Shown here: in pieces, positions 28,380-41,140 of the stretch
Numbering within the stretch: position 1 is the first letter of the stretch
How the letters are laid out: every line of letters begins with the position of its first letter
Origin: Ruditapes philippinarum
Taxonomy: Eukaryota
Direction: 5' to 3'
Assembly (NCBI RefSeq): GCF_026571515.1
Contig: NW_026865372.1
Location: forward strand, 1 to 64,000
Length of the DNA: 64,000 nucleotides
Notes under the pieces: generated by a model
What the model saw: the letters and a program-made list of their open reading frames with translations, nothing else
What the model was told of the DNA's origin: nothing
Databases searched by the model: none
Program-made: the position numbers and the translations under genes

Positions 28380-28520
28380 ATTGCACAAACATTTATTGAA
28401 CTCGTTGTATAAAAGAATATTATGCTCACCAGAGGTTCGCATAATATGATTTTATTCAACTCGTTCAAATTTTTGTTCAAAATATTTAGTATTAAACCTA
28501 TACTCATTGAATATCCTCTA
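28380..28520. mobile_element. Probable end of a non-autonomous DNA element (Crypton-like hairpin)
   Basis: Hairpin ataaaa..atattatgc-loop-gcataatat..ttttat flanked by duplicated aactcgtt, ending gaatatcctcta. Family assignment is from memory of similar bivalve repeats. Confidence 0.35.
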
Positions 28521-30543
28521 ATTGTATTTTACCATGATTATTGTTACCTTATATAAAAACTGATGTTTCAAAAATCAACTTATGCATCGATCCTGACGAG
28601 AACAATGATAAACAAGACAAAGGCAACGATCACAGGACGCAGCCCACGACACACTCCAGCCACAATAGGAGGGCACCAAGAAGGCACCACATTGAAACGG
28701 GAGAAGACACACGTGTGGCGGAATGAGGAGAGGGACATGTTATAAGTGAAATGATAAGAGACTAACATCAAGAGCATAAGTTTAACCACCTCATTATCTC
28801 CATATTCAGCTGCTGAAATGACAAAATCGTGATTTGTTTTCGCTTCACCATTTCATAGAAAAAGTTATAGAATTGCAATTGTTTGCCTTCCAGTTCTCAT
28901 AATTACCGTTCAAATCGTTTGTTTTTGAACCACATTATTTTTCAAATATTCATATATAATTGTTCTATTTACTTAATAGTGTATCCATATTGTCAAATGT
29001 TTAGTTTTTAATTATAAGTTATAAAATTCTCAATTATTTGATTTAATTTATCTGATAACGTGCTTCTGTCTTGTTTATAGAACACCCCATTTCTTCATGA
29101 ACATCACGATAGCCTTTTGAGGCGTTGTCAAACGCAACATAGTAATGTTTGAAGCGTATTACGCAGATTAATATGGAAAAGGAGGTTCACAATGATTCTG
29201 TATCACCTGTCGTATAAACGAAGAGAATGTCTATTTGCATGCGACAAACTAATAAAATTTCTGACACCACAGTAGCTTGGCAAAATGACAACTTTATGTG
29301 CAGTCACTCGGGAAAGAAAAATGCATTTGAGGACAAATAAATATCTATATATGAAATGTAATTAAAAATGATTAAATATATAAACAATGTGAAAAAAAAA
29401 TTCATAAAGTTACAGTAATTGTTAAATATTATGTAACCTTTGAAAAACTAGAGCAATTATATGAAAATGAAATTTCCGAAATGTCCAAAAAGAAGCATTC
29501 TAGGAATGCTTATTTTTGAAAATACTTTTTCAGCAAGTTCGATATTTTAGCAGTGGAAGTCAACTGGCAACATATTAATAACCTCTCATCAATTACATTT
29601 TGACGGCATATTTGGTACAATTACAAAGTCAATCAAAACGAAGTTGATGTTAATTCAAATGGTTTAAAACAAAGTCCACAATATTAGTATGTTAGTTTAC
29701 TTTGCTACACAATTATTGGATGTCCATCAACTCTCTATAATTATCGTAACTTATCTTATATACAAAGTCTATTGTTTGATACGCAAGACAGAAATTATCT
29801 CGATTTCAACTAATGCACTCAGAATTATACCTTATAATTGAGACTGACCTCAAGGGAGTAAGTTTAACTACCTCAAGATCTCTGTAATTAACTGTTGGTG
29901 TTGGAATGTATATATCATAGCATCTTCCCTCTCTCAATCAATTCACCATTTTGAATGAAAAGATTACTATATTACTGAATCCATCTATACCTTCATAATA
30001 ATCATAATTCCTGTGAGGTCATTCTTTGACTTGTGGAACGATTTATCAAATCAAACTTGTTTTATTAATCAATTATAATCTCAGAATTTTTGATCTGATA
30101 ATTTCATAATTTCATTCAGCATGTTGATAAAGTTACTTTATTTTCAAATCCTCTGATAAGTTTCATGAAAAGCCCTCACGAAAAGTTTACTTTTGTTACT
30201 GTAATTCAGTGGCAAGTGTGCAACATTTTGAATATCAAATATGTCAATACAACTGAACATTTCACTGAATTTGTCTGAAGCAGTGTTGCCAAAATACAGC
30301 CAATACAGCAAAGCATGAAGCTTAAAACAAGAAATAAACCAAACTTACATTTTTGTGTGTACATTTCAAGGCAAAACATGTTACACAAGTACACTAAGAC
30401 AAAGTGAAATAGAATATTTATGTCAATTGAGTGAAAGTTGGCAATTCCTAGACACTTGGGAGAAAAAGCCGATGTGCTAAACTTTTTGTCAACAGATACG
30501 TTCTTTACAATCATGTAATCACTTGTGAAATAAAATGTACGTT

Positions 30544-30599
30544 TGAATGAATGTATGAATGAATGATGAATGGATCAATGGATCAATGAATGAATGAAT
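30544..30599 (+). repeat. Imperfect (GAAT)n microsatellite, possibly a retroposon tail
   Basis: gaatgaatgtatgaatgaatgatgaatggatcaatggatcaatgaatgaatgaat, shortly after an AATAAA. Confidence 0.7.
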
Positions 30600-30886
30600 A
30601 TAAACCATCGCAGCATGTTTGCCAGTCTCCATACAGTACAAATCTGGTATATATTTTGGAAAACGTCATTTCGTTTCAAAAGTTTACATGTTTCCCAGTC
30701 TTTCCGGTGTAAATACTTACATATATTTTATTTTAAATAATAGAAAGTGTTATCAGACTACATACAATAAATGGCAAATTCAAGATTTTCTGTAAATATA
30801 GGAATTTTTTCATCGGGTGGCATTAAAATAAATATTCTTATTTCATTAGTGGCTTGTACTTTACAAAGTAATGTAGTACCTATCAT

Positions 30887-31814
30887 TTATATGCTATTTT
30901 TCACTCTGTGAATTTGTTTTGTTCAAACGTATGAACAAAATCGAAGCCGCTCATTTATATGCATTTTTTCACTCTGTGAATTTGTTTTGTTCATACGTTT
31001 GAACAAATCGAAGCGGCTCATTTATATGCTAGTTTTCACTCTGTGAATTTGTTTTGTTCATACGTATGAACAAAATAGAAGTGTCTAATTTTTTGTTATT
31101 TTCACTCTGTGAGTTTGTTTTGTTCATACGTGAACAAAATCGAAGGGGCTTATTTATGTGCTATTTTCACTTTTTGAGTTTGTTTTGTTCAGACGTATGA
31201 ACAAAATTTGTTTCAAAATGACCACAAAATTACTGAAATAATGCAGTGTTCATACGTATGAACAAAAATGAAATGCTAATTGATGTGTTATTTTCGCTTT
31301 GTGAGTTAGTTTTGTTCAGACGTATGAACATAATTTGTTTCAAAATAACCACACAATTATGCCAGTGTTCATACGTATGAACAAAAACCTGCTTATTAAA
31401 AAAAATAGTTTTGTTCATATGTATGAACAAAATCGAAGTGGCTATTTTTGTTCTGTGTCAGTTTTTGTTCAGACGTATGAACAAATTTGTTTCAAAATGA
31501 CCACAAAAGATTGTGATGCAGTGTTCATACGTATGAACAAAAACCTTACAAGTTGAAAACAAAATTGTTCGTACGTATGAAGCGCCTGTCTAATTTATGT
31601 GCTATTTTTCAGTATAATTTTGTTCAGACGTATGAACAAAATTTTGTTAAAAAATACTCAATATTGCTGAACTTATTCAGTGTTCATACGTATGAACAAA
31701 ATCTTGACAAGTTGAGAAAAAAATTTGTTCATACGTATGAACAAGTTTGAAACTGCTAATATATTTGTTATTTTTTACACTATTCTTGTTTTTTGTTCAG
31801 ACGTATCAACAAAA
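30887..31814. repeat. Minisatellite/satellite array built on a 22-bp palindrome TTTGTTCATACGTATGAACAAA (16 copies)
   Basis: Copies start near 30917, 30985, 31052, 31118, 31183, 31247, 31310, 31366, 31409, 31463, 31522, 31565, 31618, 31681, 31724 and 31791. The spacers recur. Confidence 0.92.
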
Positions 31815-32169
31815 GTTGTTGAAAAATAAAGATATATTACTAAAAATTTTCTGTTTTTGTCCTATTTTGCCCAAAAAGCAGTATTATTTAGTGTGTTTTT
31901 TCAAAGAAATAACTCTAAAACGGGCCAAAAAGAGGGACACTCGAAAAATCCTCTTTTATTCTGGAAGCAGATCTATTATTATCTGTCATTGGATAAATAT
32001 TAACCGGGTATTTATGTACGTAAATATGTAACAGCATAACTTTTTTCTTTGTCAATATTTCTTGCAATATTTCTTGTTGGTATTTTTGTATCATTTAGGG
32101 GATATATTCCAATTTATTTTCCGTGTATTGTTATGTAAATTCATTTAACAGGTTAAGAATCATTTACAA

Positions 32170-32199
32170 AGTCCGGTTTATTTTTGATCATCCCCCGTA
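32170..32199 (-). mobile_element. Mariner-like terminal inverted repeat (single end) with TA
   Basis: The reverse complement reads TA|cgggggatgatcaaaaataaaccggact, resembling mariner TIRs of the CGAGGGG..TCAAAAA type. No partner TIR was seen. Confidence 0.35.
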
Positions 32200-35100
32200 T
32201 ATTTGTTATATATATTCAGAAATGTAATTGTTCCTTTGAAAATAATATTAATATAACGAATTGATAAGTTGTTCAATATTATGATGAAAAACTGACGAAC
32301 CACTAGCATCTATTTCACTGTTTCACCCAGACTTATATCTAACACATTTGTAATTCTTGTTAAAAACGTCAGAAATATACTGAATATACATAGTACTTAA
32401 ATGATCTTTTATATATAATGTATTATTACTATACGTACTTCATAACTACTCAGGGATATCCGTAATTTCAAATAAATAGTTCATATTTGTTCAAAGATGT
32501 TTTTCAATACAATTCTTACGAAAGCGGCTTTACGCATATTTATAACCTTCTTCGTGTCGTAATTTCACATATTAACAGCATATTGAGTAAATTTACACTG
32601 TTTTGATTGACTGAACTACTTGATAGTTACCTTTGTTTAAACTTAAGATTTTACATTTAATATGTATGAAAACGTAGTAGAAATACAAATTAGATATACC
32701 TCCAATCAAATAAGTACATTGCTAAAGCAAGCCAGTTGAAAATGAGTAGTTACTGTAATAAAGTAATTATATATCATGGAAATGAGCCATTATTGTAAGA
32801 GTATGCTATCAAAAAGATGTGAACGAATACTAATTGATATAATCTTTGACCTCATAAAAGAAAGGTTAATCATCGACAATAATTATAACAGCCATTCGCA
32901 ACCAGTTGGTGGAATGTAAATATAGCAAATGTATCCCATTATTTCTAGATTTACACGAAAGCTTAGTTGTAGTTGTACCGCCTGGGGATTACGCTGAACA
33001 GTTCTCTTCGCTTCGAAGAAAACAACTAAACACTGTAAACATGTAGTTCTGTTAAATATGCTATTAATAAAACATAATAAATCATTTTGCCAAATAAACT
33101 TATATTTGTCTTTATTTATTCACTTTTAAGACTTGATATGATCTAAAATTGTGTCATTGAAGAAGTAATTTTAGACTATCTTATCGAAAATTAAATTGAA
33201 ACAATAGCGTTGTTAATATAATAACGTTGAACATCTGTGCCAAGTGTATTATTTTAATCAACAAAAAATATGGTAGGTAGTTTCTCATAGTAATATTGAT
33301 ATGAAATGATTACAATTTAGACATCATTTTTATTGCATAATTGGTAACATGTACCTGAATTGGATAACGCAAATAATTACTTTTGCTTATAGTTTTAACT
33401 GTTGAATAACTCAACGTAGTTTCACTGTGATGCTATATTTATTTATTTTCTAGATCAATTTGGCGCCCATTTAATTGAACAAGATTAAAATTGTTCAACT
33501 TAACAACAATCTTTTTCTGTAATTCTAAAGTAGTTGTTTCACGAAACATTTGATACCAATGACACAAAATGATAATAAAATTTGTAAAATAATATTGACT
33601 AATGTTATTAATTTGTGAAATCCCGTTGAGTATTAAAGAATGACTTTGATTTTTTTGTATGTTTGTCTATTATTATACAGCCTTGTAAATTTTTGAATGC
33701 TGTTGTCCCTACAATATGATTTGTTATTATATATTCATATCAAAAATGCATTTGTAGAAATGCCCTTTTCCTTACTCATCTCTTATAATTGTATTTCTGC
33801 GAAAATAATAATTGGAAATGCTTATTCGGTCTTATAAAAAAGGAGTTTCACTGAGGTCTAAAATGAAAAAAAAAACAACAACATCAAACATGAATTTCTT
33901 TAATATATCAGTTTGGACACTTTAAACGGAAAATATACAAAGAACAATGAATGTATTCAGAATTAAATTAATGTTTGACTTTTTGAGCGGTTCTTGGCCT
34001 GAATTGCGTTAAAAAGTGTTTTAAAGGTTTTTCTTTTTTTAATTCATTTTTTTGGGATGAGGGGGGGGGGGGGCGGCATTTTGCACATCTCAAGCCATTA
34101 TTCTGGTAAAATAAAGTGAGCGAATGATCTCTAATACTAGTATTACATATAAATTTTTGGTTAAAAACTACAACGAAGCTCGGTAAAAATATTTCCGGAC
34201 ATGTCAAAAATCCGCAGTTGAGTCCATTTAAAACTTTTTCACAGATTTTAAAAAGAAAAATTATTGCCTTATTGATATGTTTTCAATAAGTAAAAACAAA
34301 ATATACTCTTTTATAAGCACTTAATCAGATATAAGTTAAGTAGGCAAAGATAGCAATGGAAGACACACAAGTTTTCTAAACTATTACATGGATACTTTAA
34401 TTTTGCTTTTGTCATAGAAATAAAATTTCTGACCATTTAGCTTCTCACAATATGCATTACACGTGTTAAAGTTCCTGTTATCTTTAATTTGTGTATTGTA
34501 AACTCGTCTAAATTTCAAGAGCGGAAATGATACAAAAATCTCTTTGGAATGGTTTACTAAAAGTAAAAAGAACAAAACCTTAAATTATGCATTGCACAAC
34601 TGGGACAATCCTTAAGTAATAAAATGTCAGTCACCACATTAAAATGACAATATTTAACACTTTATATGAAGTCACTTGGGAAAATGGATGTTGCTTGTCT
34701 ACAAATACTGATACAGAACAGGATGTGCTTTTATTTTCAGGAAATTGTTTTTATGTCTTTTTATGTAAACACTGTTTTTTTATTTTGCAAATGAAACTTT
34801 TAAATTTAATTCAAGCATTGTGATTGCTCTTGCTATTTCATTATTAGTTTAAACATAATCATACACAGTACATTATATACATATATTCAATATATGCAAT
34901 GTTGAAATGGATTAGAACGAAAGATATGAAATCTTATAAATTCTTCTCTATTTCATATTTTTAATTCAAAGAAATCCACGACAGTCCATTTACATGGAGA
35001 CGGCTTGTTTTCAGTGTTCAGCATATATTTTTGTACTTTAAATTTAAACGCACGTTTCAAAGAGAGCAATAACTTTAACGTGATGTAAAATTAATGTATC

Positions 35101-36149
35101 AGTCTACTTTAAAACTCATTTAAATAATCGCTTAAATGTTATAACATGTTGATAATAGTTACAATATTTTATATTGCTTTATAATGACTTGATAATTTAA
35201 ACTAGATATAAAATCCGTTTTTATATATAACACTGAGTCAGTTTGAAAATATGGTAAGGCACATAATCACAGAATTAAAGTAAAAAAGAAAATTGTACTA
35301 TTAACTCAAACCTGATTTTTGTAACTTGTTCAAAATATTATAGACAAAACATCATTTACATCATTGAAATATGCACATATTTAAATATTTAAATCGGAAA
35401 ACTCAACAACACCAAAACCCCCTACGTCTCCCCCATCCCGACACAAAGAAGGGGAAAAAGCATTTAAACAAACGTGAATGATGTAAATTGAAATATATGC
35501 AACGTTATCATGATGATATAATGTGTGTTTATAATAATCATGCATACAGCGTTTTCGTATAAAGAAATACTCAAAAATATTTGTGGTGTATGAGCAACGT
35601 GTTCGTATGGCACTTTAGCATTTAAATTGTTTATATAATTATTTATGTTTTTATACATTATAAAACAAAATTGACACTGTACAGTGTAGGAAAATACACA
35701 TACGCAAATACATATTTAGAAAAACACGCAAATAGATATTTAAAAAAAACAACAACAAGAAACAACACACAAAAATAACAACAAAACAATTTTATATTTT
35801 GTGGGAAACTTTAACATTTCATAGCATAATTTGCAAACGCTAACAAACACCAAATGATAGAAACTGAGTCCATTATTAGATATAATATGACAAGCCTGTC
35901 GAAAAGGATTACTGTTACTTAACAAGTTTGTGAAGACCAAGATTATTCATATAAAATTCAACCAGGTATATTTTCGCTCATGTCTCAAAGCTTGCTTAAC
36001 TACCAATTAGCATCCATAGTTCTACATATTTTATGAGGTTTTATATTGGTTTTAATAAGCTCCATAATCTTCACACGAAACACATGCTGTCATTTTTTAT
36101 CTGTTTGTTGACGCATTTCTAATTACCCTGATGAGAAATCTAATGCTTT

Positions 36150-36759
36150 CTTAATATAACCCAGTATCATCTATTCTTTCTTACAAAGATGATACTGAAA
36201 AAATGATGGAAATGAAAATATACTACAATGGAAAAAGTCGATGATTATTACATTCCTTTTATTTAAAAAAAGTTTTAAAGAAGAATTGTTAATATAAAAG
36301 TTGTATGTATGTTTTGTATGTATGTAGGAAAAAAGTATCTTTTTGAATGTATGTGCGTATGTTTGTGTATGTATATTTCTCTGACATTTTCTTTGTTGTT
36401 TTTTTTTCTCTCTCTCCTTATTTTTACACCAAATAATGTTAAATGTTTTTGAATATACTTCAAATTTCCTTCTTTTTTTCATTCTCCCTTTTTACTCCAT
36501 TCTCCCTTTTTACTCCAAATAATGTTAAAATGTCTTTGAATATACTTTAAATTTTTCAGTTCCTTTATCTGAAATACTCTTTCTATTATTCGAAATGAAT
36601 GAATATATGGTAGAAATATGGAGTGAATGGATGTTTTCATACTTATGTAGTGTTTTTTGTTTTTGAAAATATAGGTATGAGTCTATGAATTGTATGTTAA
36701 TGTGTATGTTTGTATTGTTATACTTCAAATATCAAATAAATGAAAAAAAAAAAAAAAAA
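36150..36759 (+). mobile_element. Degenerate 3' end of a poly(A) retroposon (L1/Tx1-like?)
   Basis: T/G-rich UTR-like sequence with a local duplication, ending aataaatg plus an A run (~36743-36759). The left boundary and family are uncertain. Confidence 0.35.
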
Positions 36760-36839
36760 GTTGTCGGAACTTATGAATTTATGATCTGTGTTTAACAAAC
36801 TTTAACTGAGACACATTTTCATCCTCCAAGACAACTTTT

Positions 36840-37300
36840 TCGGTGCCGCCCTATTAAAAAGGTACCTCAAGGGGTTGCCAAAGGGGGTATGTGACCCCTT
36901 CTGTTTTGAGGTTTCGCCAAGACAATTTTGGACTTATGAGGTGCTAAAATAGTCTCAGATCGATCTTAAGGTAACTTGTCACCAATGCCGAAAAGCCTTT
37001 TACTCTATCTCAATCCATTCAGAAGTTGCAGCACTTTGAAATCAGTTTTGTTGAAAAAAAAACAAAAAAAAAAACCCCGCAAAATAGTGATGTTGGCAAT
37101 TTTGAGACGTACCCCATTGCCATGGTAACAGGAAATTTAAGATTGAGCATGATATTACAACGGCTATGTCTACATGTGTGCCAAGTTTGATCAGTATTGA
37201 AGTATTTTTTTATAGTTGCATAACAGTTTGAACTTGTAACAGGAGGCTTTTCAATGAAAAAAGCCATCTTTCACAATATGCTCATGCAGTAAAGGGTTAA
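36840..37300. mobile_element. Non-autonomous piggyBac-like element (one end recognisable)
   Basis: A more GC-rich block ends gctcatgcagtaaaggg|TTAA (37297-37300), a typical piggyBac terminus. The other end was not found. Confidence 0.4.
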
Positions 37301-37624
37301 ACATTTTGTACACAAGCAGTTGTGAAGAACACCTTATGTACTTTAACATTCTGCCAGCACAAAATACGGTTACATTACATAAAGTATTAAAATATAATCT
37401 CACAATCAAATCCATAGATTATCTGTTTACCATAAAATAGATTTACCATTTCAAAACAAGCTCGTAAACATAGATAAAACGCATCTGCTATATAAAAAAG
37501 ATGCAAGCAATATGTTTATAACAAAAACAATCTATTGATATCTAACACTAAAATTCAAACTGAGGAAATGGTTTATTTCAAATTTATCAAAATGCAAAAT
37601 AAGTGTTCTTAATATTTTCTTAGA

Positions 37625-37727
37625 CCTCCGTTGTGAAAAGATTGAAAGGGCCTCTGTTGTGTCAAAAGAGGACGGCCTATGTTTTGAAAAAAGCGAAAAA
37701 AGCCTCTGTTGTGAAAAAAGCGAAAGC
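37625..37727 (+). repeat. Short degenerate minisatellite (~26-28 bp, ~4 copies)
   Basis: Units resemble gcctctgttgtgaaaaaagcgaaa. Confidence 0.6.
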
Positions 37728-38883
37728 TTACATAAAGTTTACACGTTTCTGTTCAAATGCAAATATCTACATGATATTCCTTTTCCGACCGAAGGCCGGT
37801 CTGTTCCTTTAAAATTTACAGGGGAGAACTGAATTTTGTAAAAATTCATTGGTCATTTTAAAATAACAATCTGGAATCTCGGAATCTGATTGGCCATTGT
37901 CAAATTAGTAAAATGACATAAAGGATTTTTTTCTGACATGGTATACGCGACTAATTTTGATAGATCTAAGGGATTCTGGAACTTTCATAAGTTGTTTTAC
38001 TATTAAGTTAAATTTCAGATACTTAAGTTCTGTTTAACCATGCCTTCTCCTACAAATTATAAGTTCGATATTGTCATGCTTCCTGCAGATTATTTTACGC
38101 TGTTTAAAAGAGTTATAAATTTTGTCAAACATACGTACGTCCTTTTTCCCGTTTACTCATGTGCATGAAAATAGCGAAAAGCACACAAGATAAAAACTTA
38201 TCTGGTATTATCAGTTATATACAAAGTTTATAATTTTCATATATTTTACATATTTATGAAGTATCTATTTAACCGCTAACTATTGAATTGTCTATTTATA
38301 ATAAATGCCAAAGTATTTTGGATAAGAAGGCTCTCTTTTGGTTCTTAGTTTCGGATTTTAGGTTTCTTGCGTTTATGACAGCAGATATATTTTAACTAGT
38401 ACTGTACTTTGTTTAGACATAATCTAATTTGTTTAGCAAAGTATACAATCACTTATAGTACAGGAATATTTGAATAAACAACGTAAGATTTAAAAAAAAA
38501 AAAATATGCCCTGCTTTGATGTTGAAAGTTCACCGTCGAAGAAAGTTAATATTTCAAGATACTGTGCTTTTTGTGTAAACATCGATGTTATGTCATAAAA
38601 GACGCGCATGTACTTATGTACTTTCATGAAACACCTCATAAACTTTCTTTGCACAAAACTGCAACCGTATCACTGTTATATCTGATATTCCAATATTTTA
38701 ACTTAACTGATAATTTTAGTAATAAAAAGGATACGATTGGCTTTTAAAAAGAGTTGATATGCACTAATACAAGTAATCATGCCAATCTTTTGTAATATAC
38801 TTGAATCGTGTAATTCCCGTATTCTCGGCTTTCATTTATTTCCACTTTGAACGATGCATCAATTACAAAGGCGTTTAGGCGAA

Positions 38884-38923
<40 letters not shown>

Positions 38924-40292
38924 TCATAATGAAGTTAAATACCTCTATGCAGCCAGCCTTATTCATCGTCGTTTTGGAGTTTCATTGATAGGAAGTTCGT
39001 TATACTTGAAAGTTTTACAGCTGTAAAATGATATATAAATTATATGTTAATGACTTTTATCATAATCATTGTATAATTAGAAATATATTCAATTTTATTT
39101 TAATGAGTACTTGACGTAAGTGTAAATACTGGAGTTTTTTTAATCACACTGTCTATATTAAAATCAAATTAGCGTAACTGTTTAGCTGTTTAAGTTAATG
39201 ATGGAACACTCATTTCTTATTAATGAAGGTACAATACCTCAAATGCTATTTTAAAGGCACATTATACCTCATAAAGGAATAAATATTTATTTCTCTAGAA
39301 AGTCAAACATGACTTTTATAACGCTTTAATTATGGTTTTGGGGCATGTTATATGCTTGTTACCTGAAGAAAATAGCGATAAATTAAAATAAGGTGTCATG
39401 AAAGTAGCAAAATATAAATAAAATAACAAAATAGTATTTTGGCTCCCATATGAAATACTAAATCACTATAATTGCACTAATTACCAAAAAGCAACAGAAA
39501 AAGAAGACAGCTCAGGTAATTAGCCAATGAGTAACTCGTCGGAACCTCTTAAAGCATACAAAAAAAAGATTTTGAGAAAAAAAGTTAACGCATTTCTGAG
39601 GCATAATAAACCGATTAAATCTAAGAGAATTGAATGCGAAACAAATAACCGTACACAGACTAAAATAAGTTGGGGTTCAATGACCTTTCTGTATAAAACT
39701 ATTGGCAAACCTTTATCAATCGTGTCAAAATGCATTCAGCTACACGACTGTTTGTCAGCAAAATATAATTTCTCGTCAGTATACTACAAATAGGTTTGGC
39801 AGGGTGAAAGAAAAACAACAACTTCGCATATCAATATCATTACAAATGTTTGTTCTTCAGGATTGGTTTGTACATATTTCTTTTCTTTTCTAAAAATAAT
39901 TACCAAGAAAAAAATGTGAGATGTTGTGACTAGTGGGATTATTCCGCGCCTATAATAAGAGAGCACCTATCATGCACTGGATGTACTTTTATCATGTCTA
40001 GATGAAATACGTCCTTAATATGCCAAAAATAATGAATTTTTGATTAAGTATTGGCTTTTATTATAAGTATGTAAACTTCAATTTGTAACAAATTTCATAA
40101 TTTGGAAACGCTCTTATAAATTTTACCAGGTTTAATAAAAATATCTTTAAAGTGCCTAAAAAACAAACAATTAAATTTAAACATACCAATGTTCTTCGTC
40201 ATTATATAATGCAATTTAAAACAAATTTTTTAAATTGGAAAACGCTTTCATAAAGTTTACTAGGATTTTCCATGTTCGAAGACTGCACATCA

Positions 40293-40625
40293 TTTTTATT
40301 AAACAAGTTATAACTTTTTGCAATGCACTTGATAACTCGATATCACGCAATTTGTTTGTACAAAATCGATGTTGAGAAATGAATTTACCAGTATTAATGT
40401 CTGGTATAAATTTCGAGACGTTCAAATTAAATTTGCACCTTAAATCACCCACTAAATCATGAATAACGGCCCTAATCTCAAGTAATGATTAATCAATCTT
40501 TGTAGCATAAACGTGTTAATCGTAGTTACTAAGATCAAGTATATATGCATTTTTTTATTAAACAAGTTATAACTTTTTGCAATGCAATTGATAACTCGAT
40601 ATCATGCAATTTGTGTACAAAATCG
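40293..40625 (+). repeat. ~75-bp direct repeat, two copies ~260 bp apart
   Basis: ttttattaaacaagttataactttttgcaatgca(c/a)ttgataactcgatatca(c/t)gcaatttg...tgtacaaaatcga at ~40293-40369 and ~40552-40625. Confidence 0.85.
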
Positions 40626-41140
40626 ACTTGTGCATAATACTGGGTTTAAATTTCAGTGGTTTTGGAAACGCCAAAAAGTAATACTAATACATTCGCTAAC
40701 TAATACAGAATATTGACAGATGTATAATTCCTGCGCTTGTTTAAATAGTTCCAATCAATTTGATTTGATCCGAGAAGAAAAAATAACCAGAACAAAAAAT
40801 ATGAACACTAAATTGTGCGAAACATTTATTTCTCATTTATTTTGTATTGCAAATACAATAAGAATGTGTTGCTATTATTATTTTTGATAAGTTTGATAAA
40901 CCTGTCAAAATGAAACGAATTTATCAATCACACAAAATGTTCAGAGATGAAGTTGAAAATAATTAATCGGTCCAAGAATGTACCATAGAAAGAAACAAAA
41001 TTATAAGGCCAGGACAAAATTTATATCAGTTTCAAATGAATTGAATCACAACAGTGTACGTAAATTTTAAAGGGTATAAATCTATATCCTAATATGAAAT
41101 ATTTTAATAAAACTTCTCAACAGTAAAATTATATTGTATA

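Noticed and set aside
29900-30200. Degenerate Helitron RepHel fragment on the minus strand (TFRE...MLNEI)
   Set aside because: Too many stops and frameshifts to support by eye; it would need a frameshift-aware search.
30887-31814. CRISPR array
   Set aside because: Spacers are not unique but recur in three classes, spacing is irregular, there are no cas genes or leader, and the context is metazoan.
38889-38920. A32 tract as a retrocopy tail
   Set aside because: No polyadenylation signal, element body or TSD was recognised upstream.
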